From: Candidatus Altimarinota bacterium
Lineage (GTDB): Bacteria; Patescibacteriota; Gracilibacteria; CAIRYL01; GCA-016699755
NCBI GenBank assembly: GCA_963664295.1
Contig: OY760935.1
Location: forward strand, 160,001 to 224,000
Length of the DNA: 64,000 bases
Direction of reading: 5' to 3'
Under the pieces are notes generated by a model. The model did no database searches and was not told the DNA's origin. It was given only the letters and a program-made list of their open reading frames with translations. Both the position numbers and the translations under genes were made by a program. This document shows positions 36,502-45,832 of the stretch, piece after piece (positions within the stretch are counted from its first letter, which is position 1; the number at the start of each line of letters is the position of its first letter).

Positions 36502-36927
36502 ATGGCAAAAAAAGTAACAAAAATTATTAAATTGCAGGCGCCAGCAGGCAAAGCAAATCCAGCACCTCCTTTAGGTCCGGTTTTAGGTGCAGCTGGTATT
36601 CAGATCCAAGATTTCTGCAGTCAATTTAACGATAAAACAAAAGAAATGGGCAACACTATTGTTCCTGTTGTATTAACAGTGTACGAAGATCGCTCTTTTT
36701 CTTTTATTCTTAAGTCTCCTCCTGCTGCAGTATTGATCAAAAAAGCAATCAATCTAAAATCAGGTAGTGCAAAACCACATTTAGACAAAGTTGGCTCAAT
36801 TAATAGAGCTCAACTAGAAGAAATTGCAAAGACAAAAATGGATGATTTAAGCGCAAACGACATGGATGCCGCCGTAAAAATAATTGCAGGTACTGCTCGT
36901 AGTATGGGCGTAAAAGTCGAAGGATAA
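36502..36927 (+). CDS. rplK: 50S ribosomal protein L11
   Basis: [25 protein letters not shown]. Confidence 0.98.
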   Translation: MAKKVTKIIKLQAPAGKANPAPPLGPVLGAAGIQIQDFCSQFNDKTKEMGNTIVPVVLTVYEDRSFSFILKSPPAAVLIKKAINLKSGSAKPHLDKVGSINRAQLEEIAKTKMDDLSANDMDAAVKIIAGTARSMGVKVEG

Positions 36928-36940
36928 AACAGTTTTTATT

Positions 36941-36975
36941 GTGGGACTTTGTTGTTTAACAAAGGCTTGCACCAC
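36941..36975 (+). promoter_or_regulatory. L1-leader-like cis-regulatory RNA
   Basis: GTGGGA-CTTTGTT-GTTT-AACAAAG-GCTTGC-ACCAC: outer GUGG/CCAC stem, internal loop, 7-bp inner stem; lies between rplK and rplA. Confidence 0.6.
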
Positions 36976-36989
36976 TTTTAATTAAAAAC

Positions 36990-37358
36990 ATGAAAATTTT
37001 AAAACTAATACAAGCAATTTTCTTGTATATCACAGCACTTATTGGTGTTATTTTGGTAACAATCGGTACAGTAAGTCTCATTGATTACGGTATTGAGACT
37101 TACATTTTTGGTATTCGAGAAAACACAAGCTATATAAATAGAACTTGTGAGCATCCAAAATACATAAATGGTGAAGAAATTGAACGCACAACAGAAGAAA
37201 TTGCAGAATGTAAAGAGCAAGAAAAAGAAAGCGCAAAAGAAGATTGGAAATATCAATCTGCCCGCAGAATATCAAACAATATAGCCTTACTTATTGTTGG
37301 TATTCCTCTTTGGATTTGGGGCTGGCGCACAGGTAGAAAAGCCACAAAAAAAGATTAA
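36990..37358 (+). CDS. Two-TM membrane protein (DUF5671-like)
   Basis: FLY...LIG TM helix, Cys-pair loop, IA.LIVG.PLW..W TM helix. Confidence 0.7.
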   Translation: MKILKLIQAIFLYITALIGVILVTIGTVSLIDYGIETYIFGIRENTSYINRTCEHPKYINGEEIERTTEEIAECKEQEKESAKEDWKYQSARRISNNIALLIVGIPLWIWGWRTGRKATKKD

Positions 37359-37382
37359 TTTAAAATTTAACTTATAATAATT

Positions 37383-38081
37383 ATGAAAAAATTTGGAAAA
37401 AATTATCGCCAAGTAAGTGAAAAACTTGAAAAAGGCAAGGTGTACACACTGGCTGAAGCTATGAAATTAGCCACAGAAACATCAACAACAAAATTTGATG
37501 CAACTGTAGAAATTCATGTAAATACTGGCACAGACCCAAAACATGCTGATCAGATTGTTCGTGATACTGTTGTACCTCCGCATGGCACTGGTAAGTCTCA
37601 GCGTATTGCTGTTTTTTGTGATGATACTAAGGCTGATGAAGCAAAAAAAGCAGGTGCTGAGGTAGTTGGATTAGAAGATCTTGTTGAAAAAGTTTTAAAA
37701 GGTGATATTGACTTTGATGTAGCCATTGCTCAGTCATCTGTTATGAAAGATATTGCCAAAGCTGCCAAAGTTCTTGGGCCAAAAGGCCTAATGCCTAGTC
37801 CAAAATCTGGCACAGTGACAGAAGACATTAAAAAAGCAGTAGAAGAAATTAAAAAAGGAAAAATTGAATTTAGAAATGATAAAGCAGGAATAGTTCACTC
37901 AATTCTTGGTAAAGTTTCTTTTGGTGACAAAAAACTTCTCGAAAATGCACAAGTTTTCATGCGCGCTTTAGTTGATGCAAAACCATCTGGAATAAAAGGT
38001 GTTTATTTAAAGAAAATTACTGTCACAACTTCTATGGGACCTGGTATTAGTGTTGATATTTTTTCTGCAACACAAGGGTAA
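37383..38081 (+). CDS. rplA: 50S ribosomal protein L1
   Basis: [34 protein letters not shown]. Confidence 0.98.
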   Translation: MKKFGKNYRQVSEKLEKGKVYTLAEAMKLATETSTTKFDATVEIHVNTGTDPKHADQIVRDTVVPPHGTGKSQRIAVFCDDTKADEAKKAGAEVVGLEDLVEKVLKGDIDFDVAIAQSSVMKDIAKAAKVLGPKGLMPSPKSGTVTEDIKKAVEEIKKGKIEFRNDKAGIVHSILGKVSFGDKKLLENAQVFMRALVDAKPSGIKGVYLKKITVTTSMGPGISVDIFSATQG

Positions 38082-38102
38082 GTTTATAAAAATCGTAAAC
38101 TT

Positions 38103-38132
38103 AAAAGCCACTGTTTATAAGTGGCTTTTTTT
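38103..38132 (+). terminator. rplA terminator
   Basis: AAAAGCCACT/AGTGGCTTTT stem followed by a T run. Confidence 0.8.
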
Positions 38133-38149
38133 AATCTATAATATTTTTG

Positions 38150-39166
38150 ATGAAAAAGAAGAAAGTCTTAATCGGGTTATCAGGCGGAATAGATTCATTT
38201 GTATCAGCATTATTATTGCAAAAGCAGGGATATGAAGTAATAGGTGTATATTTTATGACAACAAAAAACCAAAAATTAGCAGAAAAAGCTCAAGAAGTAG
38301 CAAAAAAATTAAAAATAAAACTAATTATAATGAATACAGTTGAATTATTTTCAAAAACAATAATTCAAGATTTTTTAGAGCAATATAAACAAGGTTTAAC
38401 CCCAAATCCTTGTGTTTTTTGCAATCGCATATTCAAGTTTCAGTTATTACTAGAAGCGCAAAAAGAATTTAAAACCGACTACATAGCCACAGGACACTAT
38501 GTAATTAAAAAAGAAAACAAATTATATCGAGCAAAAGATAAAAATAAAGATCAAAGTTTTTTTCTTGCCCGCTTAACAGAAAAAGAGACAGAAAATGCAC
38601 TTTTTCCATTAGGAGAACTCACAAAATCCGAAGTAAAAGAAATAGCAAAAAAAGAAGGTTTCAAAGAAATAAGCACAGAAAAAGAAAGTCAAGATTTATG
38701 CTTTATTGAAGGTGAGACAATAGATTTTTTAAGAAAAAATTTACCAAAAAATAATCAAAAAAAAGGCAAAATAATAAATTGGCAAACAAAAGAAGAAATA
38801 GGTGAACATGAAGGCATTTTTTCTGTCACAATCGGACAAAGAGCAAAAATAGGTGGGCAAAAAAATCCTTTATTCATAAAAAAAATAGATTTAGAAAAAA
38901 ACATTGTTTATGTAGCAGAAGATAGTGAGTTGTATGGGCAGAAAATGGAATTAAGTCAGACAAATTGGCTACAAAAGCCAAAGCAAAAAGAAGTTTTAGT
39001 TCAATTAAGACATAGAGCTAAACCAATAGAAGCAAAAATAAAAATATTAGCTGATAATAAGGTAAGAATAGAATTTGCAGAACCAGTAAGAGCAATAACG
39101 CCAGGACAATCAGTAGCAATTTACAATGGCGATCAGCTCTTAGGAGGTGGAGTAATTACAAAATAA
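38150..39166 (+). CDS. mnmA: tRNA 2-thiouridylase MnmA
   Basis: SGGIDS, TPNPCVFCN..FKF, ATGHY, KDQSFFL, ESQDLCF, TPGQ. Confidence 0.95.
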   Translation: MKKKKVLIGLSGGIDSFVSALLLQKQGYEVIGVYFMTTKNQKLAEKAQEVAKKLKIKLIIMNTVELFSKTIIQDFLEQYKQGLTPNPCVFCNRIFKFQLLLEAQKEFKTDYIATGHYVIKKENKLYRAKDKNKDQSFFLARLTEKETENALFPLGELTKSEVKEIAKKEGFKEISTEKESQDLCFIEGETIDFLRKNLPKNNQKKGKIINWQTKEEIGEHEGIFSVTIGQRAKIGGQKNPLFIKKIDLEKNIVYVAEDSELYGQKMELSQTNWLQKPKQKEVLVQLRHRAKPIEAKIKILADNKVRIEFAEPVRAITPGQSVAIYNGDQLLGGGVITK

Positions 39167-39247
39167 TAAATAAAAGCTTGTCATAAGTTTGGTTCAGAAT
39201 TTTTTGTGATCATTACTACTTAATAGTCTGAATAGTGTCTTTGATTC

Positions 39248-39404
39248 TGTCATTCCGAGTCCACCTCTTGCTGTTGTCATCCTGAGCGAAGCGAAGGATC
39301 TCCCGTAGTCATTACTACACAATCACCCAAGGTAGAACCTGAGCGCATGGCAAAGGAGAGCCGGACTGGCAAGTTCGCCGTGACGAATCAAGCTCGCAAT
39401 GACA
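39248..39404. repeat. Palindromic REP-like element (locus 2)
   Basis: TGTCATTCCGAG half end plus a full TGTCATCCTGAGCGAAGCGAAGGATCTC...CGCAATGACA unit (39275-39404). Confidence 0.85.
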
Positions 39405-39412
39405 AAAAATAA

Positions 39413-41686
39413 TTACAAATTCTCTCTAATGGCAATAAGCCCTTTTTTGCCAATTAGATTTTCAATTTCTTCATCATTAGCACTTCTAATGCCAGCTACA
39501 TTGCCAAAATTTTGTAAAAGAATTTTTCGCTTAGCAGAGCCAATTCCAGGCACAGAGTCTAGGGCAGATTTTTTACTATTTTTTTCTCGCAAATTACGAT
39601 TAAAAGAAATAGCAAAACGATGAGCCTCATCACGAATATTTTGTAATAAATGACCGGCAGGGGAGTTTTTTGCAATATTAACAGGAGTTTTTTTATTTTC
39701 CACAAAAACCTCTTCTTCTTTTTTTGCAAGAGAGCAAAAAGGCACATTGAGATCAAATTTCTTAAAAGCCTTTAATGCAGAGCTGAGTTGCCCTTTGCCA
39801 CCGTCAATTAAGATCAAGTCAGGCAAGGCATTAAAACTAGCGTCTTTTTTCTTTTTTACATGAACCATATAAGGATTACTATTATCACAATCACGCTCTT
39901 TAAGGGAACAAACTTGTTTAATAAACACCTCTGGTGTTTTGCGAATATGCTCAAAGCCTAATTTCTCTAGATATTCAATTGATTTTTGACCAAATGAAGC
40001 CAATTTATATATTTTTTTTGCTTTGGTTTTATTTAAAACATGACGCACAAGAAAATCAGACAATTTTTTGCCCCGAAATTTAGGAAAAATAAATAAATCA
40101 GTAATTAAATGAATATTTTCTTTTTCAAATATCTTTTCTTGTACAAAACCAGCAATTTTTTTTTCTTTTTTAAGTACATAAAAATTATCAGGTTTTAGTT
40201 TTTTATTTTTTAATTCCTTTTTAATTTCTTCAAAATCTTTTTTTCCTGCTTTGCGAATAGAAAAACCTTTTAGTAGAGGCTGAGGAAGCTTCTGAAAGCG
40301 CCTGCTGATTACTTCTTCTATGGCAGAAAAATCATCAATTTTACCTTTTTCCAGAGTTTTTATTTTAAATTTACGGTAGTGTGCTTTTTCTGCTTCACCA
40401 TTAACAAAAACAACCATACTGCCGACTGTTTCTGTGCCAGAAAGATGCGAGATATCATAAGCCTCAATTCGCTTGGGAATATCCTTTAAGCTTAATTTTT
40501 TTTGTAATTCTTTTAATTCTTCATCGTGGTTTTTTTCTTTTTTCATAAAACTTGGCGCGTTTTTGCGAGCATAATTTTCCGCATTTTTTTTCGCCAAATC
40601 CAAGAGTGACTTTTTTTTGCCTTTTTGTGGCAAGACAATTTCTGTTTTTAAATAATCTTCCCAGCCTGCTTTTTCTTTTGCAGACAATATTTCAGGGTCA
40701 AGCACGATAATTTTTGGTATTTCCTGGGTTTTTTCCGGATAATTTCGCAAAAAAGCAGACAAAGACTCAAAAAGATTTTCCCCAAGAGGAATTACAAAAT
40801 CTTCTGAGCCAATTATACGTCCATCGCGAATTTGAAAAAGGTGAAAAAAAGCCTGATCAAATTTTTCAATAAGCCCAAGCACATCAGCACTAAAACCAGA
40901 AGCATCGGCTGCAAATTGTTTTTCAGAAATATTTTCAACAGCTAGCATTAAATCTCTTTTTTGTGCTGCTTCTTCAAAATTTTTATTCTCAGCACTTTTC
41001 ATCATGTCAGCTTTTATTTGCTTGAGAATATCCCCAGTTTGTCCACTAAGAAAGCGCATAGCTGTTTTTACATTTTTTTGATATTGTTCTTTGTTGATAT
41101 TGCCTATACAAGGTGCTTCGCAGTGTTTTATGTGATATTCAAGGCAAGGTATTTTTTGAGCACTTTGTTTTTTGATACCTATTTCTCCATTTTTTTCTTT
41201 AATTTCTAGTCTGCAAGTACGAAATTTAAAAAGCCCTTGAAGCATGTCTATTGTTTTTTTTGCTGAGTTTGAGGAAGTTTTTGGTCCAAAATATTTTGCA
41301 CCATCATTTGTAATTCTGCGCACCAACAAAAGCCTAGGAAAATCCTCCTGCACAGTAAATTTAATAAATTGAAAAGTTTTATCATCACGCAGAAGAATAT
41401 TGTATTTTGGTTGTAATTCTTTGATTAAGTTATTTTCCAGCACTAAAGCCTCTGGTTCATTGGAGGTTTCAATAAAATCAACATTCACAGTATTTTCTGC
41501 CAATTTTTTTGCTCTTGGCGAGGTATATTGCCCGCTTAAATGATTTTTTATTCGCTCTTGTATATTTACTGCTTTGCCAATATAAATAATATTACCTTTT
41601 TCATCTTTTAGCTGATAAACACCTGTTTTTTTGGGCAGGGATTTTATTATTTTTTGATGGATTTTTTTAAGATCTTTTTCTTTCAT
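39413..41686 (-). CDS. uvrC: Excinuclease ABC subunit C with internal GNAT domain
   Basis: GIY-YIG (GVY..YIGKA), Cys-rich region, UVR FEEAA..RD, YDISH..G, DGGKGQ, RDEAHRFA, HhH VPGIG; start set at ATG 41686. Confidence 0.93.
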   Translation of the reverse strand: MKEKDLKKIHQKIIKSLPKKTGVYQLKDEKGNIIYIGKAVNIQERIKNHLSGQYTSPRAKKLAENTVNVDFIETSNEPEALVLENNLIKELQPKYNILLRDDKTFQFIKFTVQEDFPRLLLVRRITNDGAKYFGPKTSSNSAKKTIDMLQGLFKFRTCRLEIKEKNGEIGIKKQSAQKIPCLEYHIKHCEAPCIGNINKEQYQKNVKTAMRFLSGQTGDILKQIKADMMKSAENKNFEEAAQKRDLMLAVENISEKQFAADASGFSADVLGLIEKFDQAFFHLFQIRDGRIIGSEDFVIPLGENLFESLSAFLRNYPEKTQEIPKIIVLDPEILSAKEKAGWEDYLKTEIVLPQKGKKKSLLDLAKKNAENYARKNAPSFMKKEKNHDEELKELQKKLSLKDIPKRIEAYDISHLSGTETVGSMVVFVNGEAEKAHYRKFKIKTLEKGKIDDFSAIEEVISRRFQKLPQPLLKGFSIRKAGKKDFEEIKKELKNKKLKPDNFYVLKKEKKIAGFVQEKIFEKENIHLITDLFIFPKFRGKKLSDFLVRHVLNKTKAKKIYKLASFGQKSIEYLEKLGFEHIRKTPEVFIKQVCSLKERDCDNSNPYMVHVKKKKDASFNALPDLILIDGGKGQLSSALKAFKKFDLNVPFCSLAKKEEEVFVENKKTPVNIAKNSPAGHLLQNIRDEAHRFAISFNRNLREKNSKKSALDSVPGIGSAKRKILLQNFGNVAGIRSANDEEIENLIGKKGLIAIRENL

Positions 41687-41731
41687 TGCCCTTATTCTAG
41701 CAAAAAATAAAGATTTTGCTATAATTGCTTT

Positions 41732-42808
41732 GTGGAAGAAAAAGATATACAGCGTGGGCAAATATTGCTTTATGCAGGGCCGGAGAGCTTTTTATTAAAA
41801 GAACACATTAGCCAAATGAAAAAAGCTTCTTTTCAAAAATATGGTGAATTTAATGTCATGTCGATTTTATTTGACCCGCCAGACAGAGGAGCAAACGAGT
41901 ATTTAAATCAAAAAACAAAAGAAATATCAGCAGAAATCATCACTCCAGCTTTTTTTGGTGAAAAAAGAGTGATTTTTTTGGAAAATTTTCCACCACCAGT
42001 AAAAGGCAATATATCTAAAGACGATATAGCTAAATATTACCAGCGTATTATTAAATCATTAGAAAATTTACCAGCAGAAAATGTGGTTATTATTTCCGCA
42101 GAAAATCCAGACAGAAGAACAAAAATTTGGAAAGATTTACAAAAAATAGTCAATCAAACACAAGAATTTAAATCACTTGAAAGCCATGAATTAAATAAAT
42201 GGATACTGAGTAGAGTTGCAAGCCAGGGAGGAAAAATGCTTCCCTCAGCCTCGACTTTTTTAGCGGAATATTGCGGAAATGATCTTTGGTGGATTAGTCA
42301 GGAAATAAACAAATTAATTAATTATTGTGAAGATAAGCCAATTTCTGAGGTAGATATTCAAAAAATTTCTGTTATGAATTCTGAAATTGCTGATTTTGCA
42401 CTTATTAATTCATTGCAGGAAAATAATCTCAAAAAAGCTCTCAAGGTTTTTCAGTCAGAATTAGAAGAAACAGGTGCACCACAAGTTGTATATTACAAAG
42501 ATATTGTGCCTGCTGTGCGCCAATTATTAAAAATAATCTGGGCAGTAAAAAACAACCGCACTGCAAAAGATGTTGGCGTTCACCCTTTTGTTTTTTCTAA
42601 ATGGCAAAGAGTAGCCAGCAAATTTGATTTTGAAAAAATTAAAAAAGCCTATGGAGCACTTGTGCTCATAGATGAGGGATTAAAAAATGGCAAAATTGAA
42701 GTAGCCACCAATGACCTAAGAATGTTTAACTTGGTGATAGAGGTTTATTTTTTGGAATTTTTCTCAGAACAAGAGTTGGATTTAAAAAAACCTCTTTTAA
42801 AAAAATAG
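41732..42808 (+). CDS. holA: DNA polymerase III subunit delta
   Basis: LLY.G.E.FL, P.FF.EKRVI, D.R....K.L, G.DL..I..EI.KL, HPF, D..LK.G. Confidence 0.85.
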   Translation: MEEKDIQRGQILLYAGPESFLLKEHISQMKKASFQKYGEFNVMSILFDPPDRGANEYLNQKTKEISAEIITPAFFGEKRVIFLENFPPPVKGNISKDDIAKYYQRIIKSLENLPAENVVIISAENPDRRTKIWKDLQKIVNQTQEFKSLESHELNKWILSRVASQGGKMLPSASTFLAEYCGNDLWWISQEINKLINYCEDKPISEVDIQKISVMNSEIADFALINSLQENNLKKALKVFQSELEETGAPQVVYYKDIVPAVRQLLKIIWAVKNNRTAKDVGVHPFVFSKWQRVASKFDFEKIKKAYGALVLIDEGLKNGKIEVATNDLRMFNLVIEVYFLEFFSEQELDLKKPLLKK

Positions 42809-42810
42809 CT

Positions 42811-43644
42811 TTAATTAAAATAAATCAATAAAGCACTTTCTATAAACAAAAATATAGAAAAATAACTAAGGGAAACTTTTCTAAAAATACTGAGAAGAAA
42901 TTTAGCTGTGATAAAAGAAAAAACAAAAGAGCTCAAAAAACCACTAAGAGTAATTAAAGCAGGTAGTTCCTCAGAAAATCCCTCATTTAGAATGCGCTTT
43001 AATGAAAGCAAGCTGGCGCCAAGAATAATAGGAGTAGCCAGCATAAAAGAAAATTTTGCTCCTACATCACGACGAAGACCTTGAAATAAACCACCGGAAA
43101 TAGTTGCGCCAGAGCGGGAAATGCCAGGCAAAATAGCAATAGCCTGAAAAGCGCCAATAATAAAAGCATTTTTTAAACTTATTTTTTTATTATTTGTTTT
43201 TTTGGGTAAATTTTCTGCTAATAAAAACAAAAGAGCAGTTAAAGCAAGAAAAAAGGCAACATAAAGAGGTGTGCGCACAGACTCTGTTAAGTCTTCAAAA
43301 AGAAGAGCAATAACAACGGCAGGAATAGTGCCAATAATTAATAAATATAATAATTTTTCCCCTTCTTGTTCTTCTTTGCTTATTTTTTTATTTATTCCAA
43401 AAAGTTGTACAAATTTTTTATACAAAAAACTAATAATATCCCAGAAATCACGCCAAAAAAGGATAAAAAGTGCAAACAAAGTACCGCTATGTAAAAAGAT
43501 ATCAAAGGTTTTAAGAACCCGAGGGTCAATATTATCTAAGCTAAAAAAATGTTCAGCAATTACCAGTTGTCCACTTGAAGAAACAGGAAGAAACTCAGTA
43601 ATTCCCTGTAATACGCCCAAAATAATACTTTCTAAAAAATTCAT
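42811..43644 (-). CDS. uppP: Undecaprenyl-diphosphate phosphatase
   Basis: QGITEFLPVSSSG, H.GT, PGISRSGATI, FSF. Confidence 0.95.
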   Translation of the reverse strand: MNFLESIILGVLQGITEFLPVSSSGQLVIAEHFFSLDNIDPRVLKTFDIFLHSGTLFALFILFWRDFWDIISFLYKKFVQLFGINKKISKEEQEGEKLLYLLIIGTIPAVVIALLFEDLTESVRTPLYVAFFLALTALLFLLAENLPKKTNNKKISLKNAFIIGAFQAIAILPGISRSGATISGGLFQGLRRDVGAKFSFMLATPIILGASLLSLKRILNEGFSEELPALITLSGFLSSFVFSFITAKFLLSIFRKVSLSYFSIFLFIESALLIYFN

Positions 43645-44117
43645 GCTAAAAATCCTAAAAGACTTTGAAAGCCATAAGTAAATAAAGCAAATCTAGCTCC
43701 TCGACCAATTAAAGATGCAAGAAGAAATCTATTAAAGGGAAGCTCAAAAATTCCTGCACCCCAGGTAATAAGCTTGTAAGGCAGGGGGGTAAAACCAACA
43801 ATCATAACGCCCCAAAATTCCCATTTAGTTAAAAATTTTTCAGTTTTATCTACCTTTTTTTTGCCAAATATTTTGATTGCTGTGGGATGACCAAGCTTAT
43901 AGCCAAGATAATAAGCAAGACTAGCTCCAAGTAAATTAGAAATTAAGGCAACTATAAAAACCAAATGAATATTCATGCCCGCAACTGCCTCTGCTCCAAT
44001 GACAACTTCTACAGGAATAGGCTGAATAACAGCTTCTGTGGAAGAAAAAAGAAAAAGCCCAGCTAGTCCATATTCGGCAACAAATTCTTTGCCAAATTCA
44101 AATAAAGTTTCTAGCAT
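43641..44117 (-). CDS. YqaA/DedA (VTT) family membrane protein
   Basis: E..I.PIP.E, G....Y.LG, FTPLPYK....AG, GR..RF. Confidence 0.88.
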   Translation of the reverse strand: MLETLFEFGKEFVAEYGLAGLFLFSSTEAVIQPIPVEVVIGAEAVAGMNIHLVFIVALISNLLGASLAYYLGYKLGHPTAIKIFGKKKVDKTEKFLTKWEFWGVMIVGFTPLPYKLITWGAGIFELPFNRFLLASLIGRGARFALFTYGFQSLLGFLA

Positions 44118-44127
44118 TAAATAATAA

Positions 44128-44895
44128 TTAAGATTCTTCTGTCACTTCTGGTGTGCCTATTTCTTGTTCCACTTCTTGATAGCCCTCTTCTTCTGTCTCT
44201 TCTTCAAAGCCAGCAGGATCATCTTGTGTTAAATTGGGATCAATGAAAGCAGGCAAGCCACTTTCATTCATATAAGCAATTCTGTACATAATTTCTGCTA
44301 ATTCTCCACGAGTCATGTCTTGATCTGGATTTACTTTTTCTGCTGAGTTTTTGTCTAAAAGATTTTTTTCCTTGGCATATTGAAAATAAGGAGCAAACCA
44401 ACTATCTTTTGGTACATCTTGATAAGGATCAAAAGAAATAGCAATTTCGTTAACATCAACATTATTAGTTTTAATCACCATTTTTAGAGCTTCAGCAAGA
44501 TTTAAAGTTCTTGCTGGAGCAAATGTGCCGTCTTCGTTGCCATTAACAATTCCTAATTGCTTAGCTTTGTAAATATATTCTGCAAACCATTCACCTGTTT
44601 CTACATCAGAAAAAGGTTTTTCATTTGCTTGTTCACCGTTTATTCCAGAGCCCAAAAGGATCATTTTAAGAGCTTCGGCGCGATTTACCTGTTGATCAGG
44701 CTTAAAAGTGCCGTCAGAAAATCCATTTACAATTTCATTATCAGATAAATAATTTATTGCTTCATAGTTTTTATGAGTTTGTGGCACATCAGAAAAACTA
44801 CAGTCTTCGTCATCAACAGAGCAAACAGCCATCATGGCCTGAGTGCTGGAAATGCCTAGAAATAAGGCAATAAAAGTATAAATTATTTTTTTCAT
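44128..44895 (-). CDS. S-layer homology (SLH) domain protein
   Basis: Signal peptide; three SLH repeats FSDV...G..DGTF.P...NRAE / TRGE; acidic tail. Confidence 0.9.
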   Translation of the reverse strand: MKKIIYTFIALFLGISSTQAMMAVCSVDDEDCSFSDVPQTHKNYEAINYLSDNEIVNGFSDGTFKPDQQVNRAEALKMILLGSGINGEQANEKPFSDVETGEWFAEYIYKAKQLGIVNGNEDGTFAPARTLNLAEALKMVIKTNNVDVNEIAISFDPYQDVPKDSWFAPYFQYAKEKNLLDKNSAEKVNPDQDMTRGELAEIMYRIAYMNESGLPAFIDPNLTQDDPAGFEEETEEEGYQEVEQEIGTPEVTEES

Positions 44896-44941
44896 ATTTT
44901 TTAAAAACAAAGTAGTCTGTATTTTACAGAAAATAAAGGAT

Positions 44942-45832
44942 TTATTCTATAAAAAAATTATCACCAAAAATTTTTAGTGTTTTTTGCTTAATAATTATTT
45001 TTTTGTTGCTATTTGCTGTTTTTATAAATTGAAGTAGGTTTTCGATTTGTTCAAATTCTAAGGAGGCAGGTTGCCAAAAAATACGCAAAATTTCTGCTTG
45101 AATAATTTTTGGCTGATTTAAGAATTTTTTTCGATTTATTCCTGTTGTTTCTGATTGGTTTTTTTGAAGCCATTTTTGCGCTTTTTGTTCAATCAAATCC
45201 TGAGAATTTTTTAAAATAGCACCAAAACGAGCAAGTGAATTTTTTGCTTCTGGAAAGCGTTTTTCAATAAGTGGAAAAAGCTCATTGCGAAGGAAATTGC
45301 GAGTAAAAGTGCTTTCAAAATTGCTTGAGTCTGTCTGAAAAGGGATTTTGTTTTTTTCTAAATATTTAATAATTTCAGTTTTTTTAATATCTAGCAATGG
45401 CCTAATCAGAACTCCATCTTGTTTCTTAATTCCACTAGCACCTTTTAATCCTGTTCCTCTTAATAAATTAAACAAAATAGTCTCCGCATTATCATCAAAA
45501 TGATGAGCTAGTAAAATAAAATTAGCTTTTTTTTGTTTATAAATTTTATATAAAAAATTATATCTGGCTTTACGGGCTTTTTCTTCCGATTGTTCTGGTT
45601 TTTGCCATTTTTCACTAATAAAGTCATAGCTCCATTTTTTTGCCATTTTTTGAGAAAATTTTTCATCTCTATCAGCTTCTTTTTCTCTTAATTGGTGATT
45701 AAAGTGAGCAATAATAATGTTTTTAAAACCAGTCTGGCAAAGAATTTCGCCTAAAAAAACAGAATCAGCTCCACCAGAACAAGCTAATATGTATTTTTTT
45801 TCCTTATTTAAATCATTAAGATTTAATTCCAT
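44942..45832 (-). CDS. tilS: tRNA(Ile)-lysidine synthase
   Basis: SGGADS, H.NHQLR, AR.ARY, AHH.DD.AET, RPLL, RN.LR. Confidence 0.93.
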   Translation of the reverse strand: MELNLNDLNKEKKYILACSGGADSVFLGEILCQTGFKNIIIAHFNHQLREKEADRDEKFSQKMAKKWSYDFISEKWQKPEQSEEKARKARYNFLYKIYKQKKANFILLAHHFDDNAETILFNLLRGTGLKGASGIKKQDGVLIRPLLDIKKTEIIKYLEKNKIPFQTDSSNFESTFTRNFLRNELFPLIEKRFPEAKNSLARFGAILKNSQDLIEQKAQKWLQKNQSETTGINRKKFLNQPKIIQAEILRIFWQPASLEFEQIENLLQFIKTANSNKKIIIKQKTLKIFGDNFFIE

